A stretch of 64,000 nucleotides of DNA, from assembly GCA_964491925.1 (NCBI GenBank), contig CAZBGZ010000002.1, positions 49,492-113,491 on the forward strand, given 5' to 3'. Below the pieces are notes generated by a model. It was given only the letters and a program-made list of their open reading frames with translations, did no database searches and was not told the DNA's origin. Numbering within the stretch: position 1 is the stretch's first letter; each line of letters begins with the position of its first letter. Positions 63,942-64,000 of this stretch are shown here, piece after piece. This stretch comes from an uncultured Candidatus Saccharibacteria bacterium. GTDB taxonomy: Bacteria; Patescibacteriota; Saccharimonadia; Saccharimonadales; JAGQNJ01. A program made the position numbers and the translations under genes.

Positions 63942-64000
63942 ATGTGGTTAATTATTGGCGGCATTTATTTGTTTCCAATTTGCGGGATGCAGTTCTTCAA
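63942..64000 (+). CDS. possible start of a hydrophobic protein (19 codons before the window ends)
   Basis: ATG 63942 preceded by TATAAT (63928-63933) with an 8-nt spacer; MWLIIGGIYLFPICGMQFF. Confidence 0.25.
   Translation, partial: MWLIIGGIYLFPICGMQFF

Overview
64-kb chromosomal segment with about 65 protein genes, 2 tRNAs (Leu-CAA, Glu-CTC), and no rRNA, transposase, integrase or CRISPR array. The content is mostly housekeeping. It includes pyrH, xth, gltX, a Y-family polymerase, a histidine kinase/response regulator pair, der, pth, dprA, topA and def. It also has a reduced division/cell-wall cluster, mraZ-rsmH-ftsL-ftsI-mraY-ftsW-murG-ftsQ, with no mur ligase genes, no ftsA and no ftsZ. 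Further genes are a GH1 glycosidase, a PIF1/RecD-like helicase, an RND pump, an ALDH and an MFS transporter. Together with a sortase and PEGA, DUF3048-like and sigma-r4/HARE-HTH proteins, this suggests a small-genome monoderm of the Patescibacteria/CPR type (Saccharibacteria-like). That placement is inference from remembered gene content, not a search. The most interesting signals are non-coding. (1) A ~400-nt, heavily structured unit on the minus strand (25788-26228) runs from a promoter to a terminator, has no long ORF, and I could not assign it to RNase P, tmRNA or SRP. (2) A ~160-nt hairpin with a ~35-bp stem lies at 49243-49401, and a separate multi-stem element at 50563-50704. (3) A dif-like palindrome at 38806-38833 sits in a 654-bp AT-rich gap where + and - gene blocks converge. 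(4) A TGnTAnnnT extended -10 element lies 5-11 nt before the start codon of at least 22 genes, implying leaderless or near-leaderless mRNAs, while several exported-protein genes have Shine-Dalgarno leaders. (5) A 506-nt non-coding spacer separates mraZ from rsmH, and phased GTGGGT repeats lie upstream of mraZ. Protein-level oddities are listed with lower confidence. They are a small ORF coupled to the Y-family polymerase, a TrmB-divergent four-gene operon with an NYN protein, paralogous secreted Cys proteins, and a receiver protein with a long acidic tail. All function calls come from motif recognition by eye, and no database was queried.
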